Below are positions 63,224 to 64,000 of a DNA stretch of 64,000 bases, one piece after another. Origin of the DNA: Myxococcota bacterium. Lineage in GTDB: Bacteria; Myxococcota_A; UBA796; SXON01. Under the pieces are notes generated by a model. It ran no database searches and had not been told where the DNA came from. It was given only the letters and a program-made list of their open reading frames with translations. Within the stretch, counting starts at the first letter, position 1. Every line of letters begins with the position of its first letter. The translations under genes were made by a program, and so were the position numbers. The stretch covers positions 196,064-260,063 of the forward strand of contig JAZKFH010000027.1 of assembly GCA_040386535.1 (NCBI GenBank), written 5' to 3'.

Positions 63224-63933
63224 GCGGCCCCCGTCACGCGCAGGAACAGGTCCTCCAGCCGCTCGCCCGGCGCCACGATCTCCGCGACGGGCCCGAGCAC
63301 GGCGATGCGGCCCTTGTGCACGATGGCGAGGCGGTCGCACACCTCGGCGGCGTCCTCCATCGTGTGGGTGGAGAGGAACACGGTGCGGCCCTCCTTCGCG
63401 AGGTCCCGGAACACCTGCTTGATCTGGCGGGCGCCGCGCGGATCGAGGCCGACCATCGGCTCGTCCACGATGAGGAGGCGCGGCTCGGTGAGCAGGGCGC
63501 CCGCGAGCGTGAGGCGCTGCTTCATGCCGTGGGAGAAGCTCTCCACCAGGGCGTCCGCCTGGTCGATGAGGAGCTGCTCGGCGAGCCGGGCGTCGATCCG
63601 CTCCGAGAGGCCGTTGCGCGGCATGTCGTAGATCTCGCCGAGGAAGCGGAGGAATTCACGCGCCGTGAGCTTGTCGTACAGGTACGGGCGGTCGGGGATG
63701 AAGCTCATCCGCCGGCGGGCCTCGACCGGGTTGTCGGCGAGGGAGATGCCGTCGATCCAGATGTCGCCGCCGGTGGGGGGCAAGACGCCGCCGAGCATGC
63801 GGAGCGTGGTGGTCTTTCCCGCGCCGTTGAGGCCGAGGAACCCGAACACCTCGCCCGCTCGAACGTCGAGATCGAGCGGCCAGACCGCCTGGAAGGAGGC
63901 GTAGCGCTTCTCGATCTGGCGGGCGCGGATCAT
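63220..63933 (-). CDS. ABC-2-type transporter ATP-binding protein
   Basis: GLNGAGKTT, FSHGMKQR, VDEPMVGLDP, STH. Confidence 0.9.
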   Translation of the reverse strand: MIRARQIEKRYASFQAVWPLDLDVRAGEVFGFLGLNGAGKTTTLRMLGGVLPPTGGDIWIDGISLADNPVEARRRMSFIPDRPYLYDKLTAREFLRFLGEIYDMPRNGLSERIDARLAEQLLIDQADALVESFSHGMKQRLTLAGALLTEPRLLIVDEPMVGLDPRGARQIKQVFRDLAKEGRTVFLSTHTMEDAAEVCDRLAIVHKGRIAVLGPVAEIVAPGERLEDLFLRVTGAA

Positions 63934-64000
63934 CCCGCAACCCTAACGCGGTCCGCGAGGCGGGGGTCAGCCCGAGACGTAGGCGTACACGAGGCACATC

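Overview
GC-rich (roughly 70% by eye) bacterial chromosomal DNA, most likely Myxococcota judging by several MYXO-CTERM-like sorting tails, Asp-Thr-repeat lipoproteins and Cys/Asp 'CDD..DxDxDG' repeat proteins with FG-GAP domains. About 53 genes are supportable. Most are ordinary: redox/detox enzymes (OYE, two GSTs, ArsH, FMN reductase), dGTPase, a HelD-like helicase, RecQ, a sirtuin, FdhF/YdeP-FdhD and MlaEF. The notable part is 18.9-27.7 kb. (i) A PlpX/PcpX-like 'splicease' radical SAM-SPASM gene is divergent from a translationally coupled array of three paralogous precursors (Zn-ribbon / lipoprotein signal / XYG / Cys-Asp metal-binding motif) and a fourth lipoprotein made of 16-aa repeats in which Cys/Cys is swapped for Tyr/Gly. 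(ii) Directly downstream is a complete, uncharacterised STM4015-STM4011-type cassette (WGR-LRR protein, ATP-grasp, HAD, alkaline-phosphatase-fold hydrolase, two radical SAM enzymes). Non-coding signals include a 37-bp palindromic motif shared by two intergenic regions, tandem repeats seeded at stop codons and a structured leader before a cation/H+ antiporter. No rRNA, tRNA, CRISPR array or transposase was recognised. Family calls come from motif recognition only; no database search was run.
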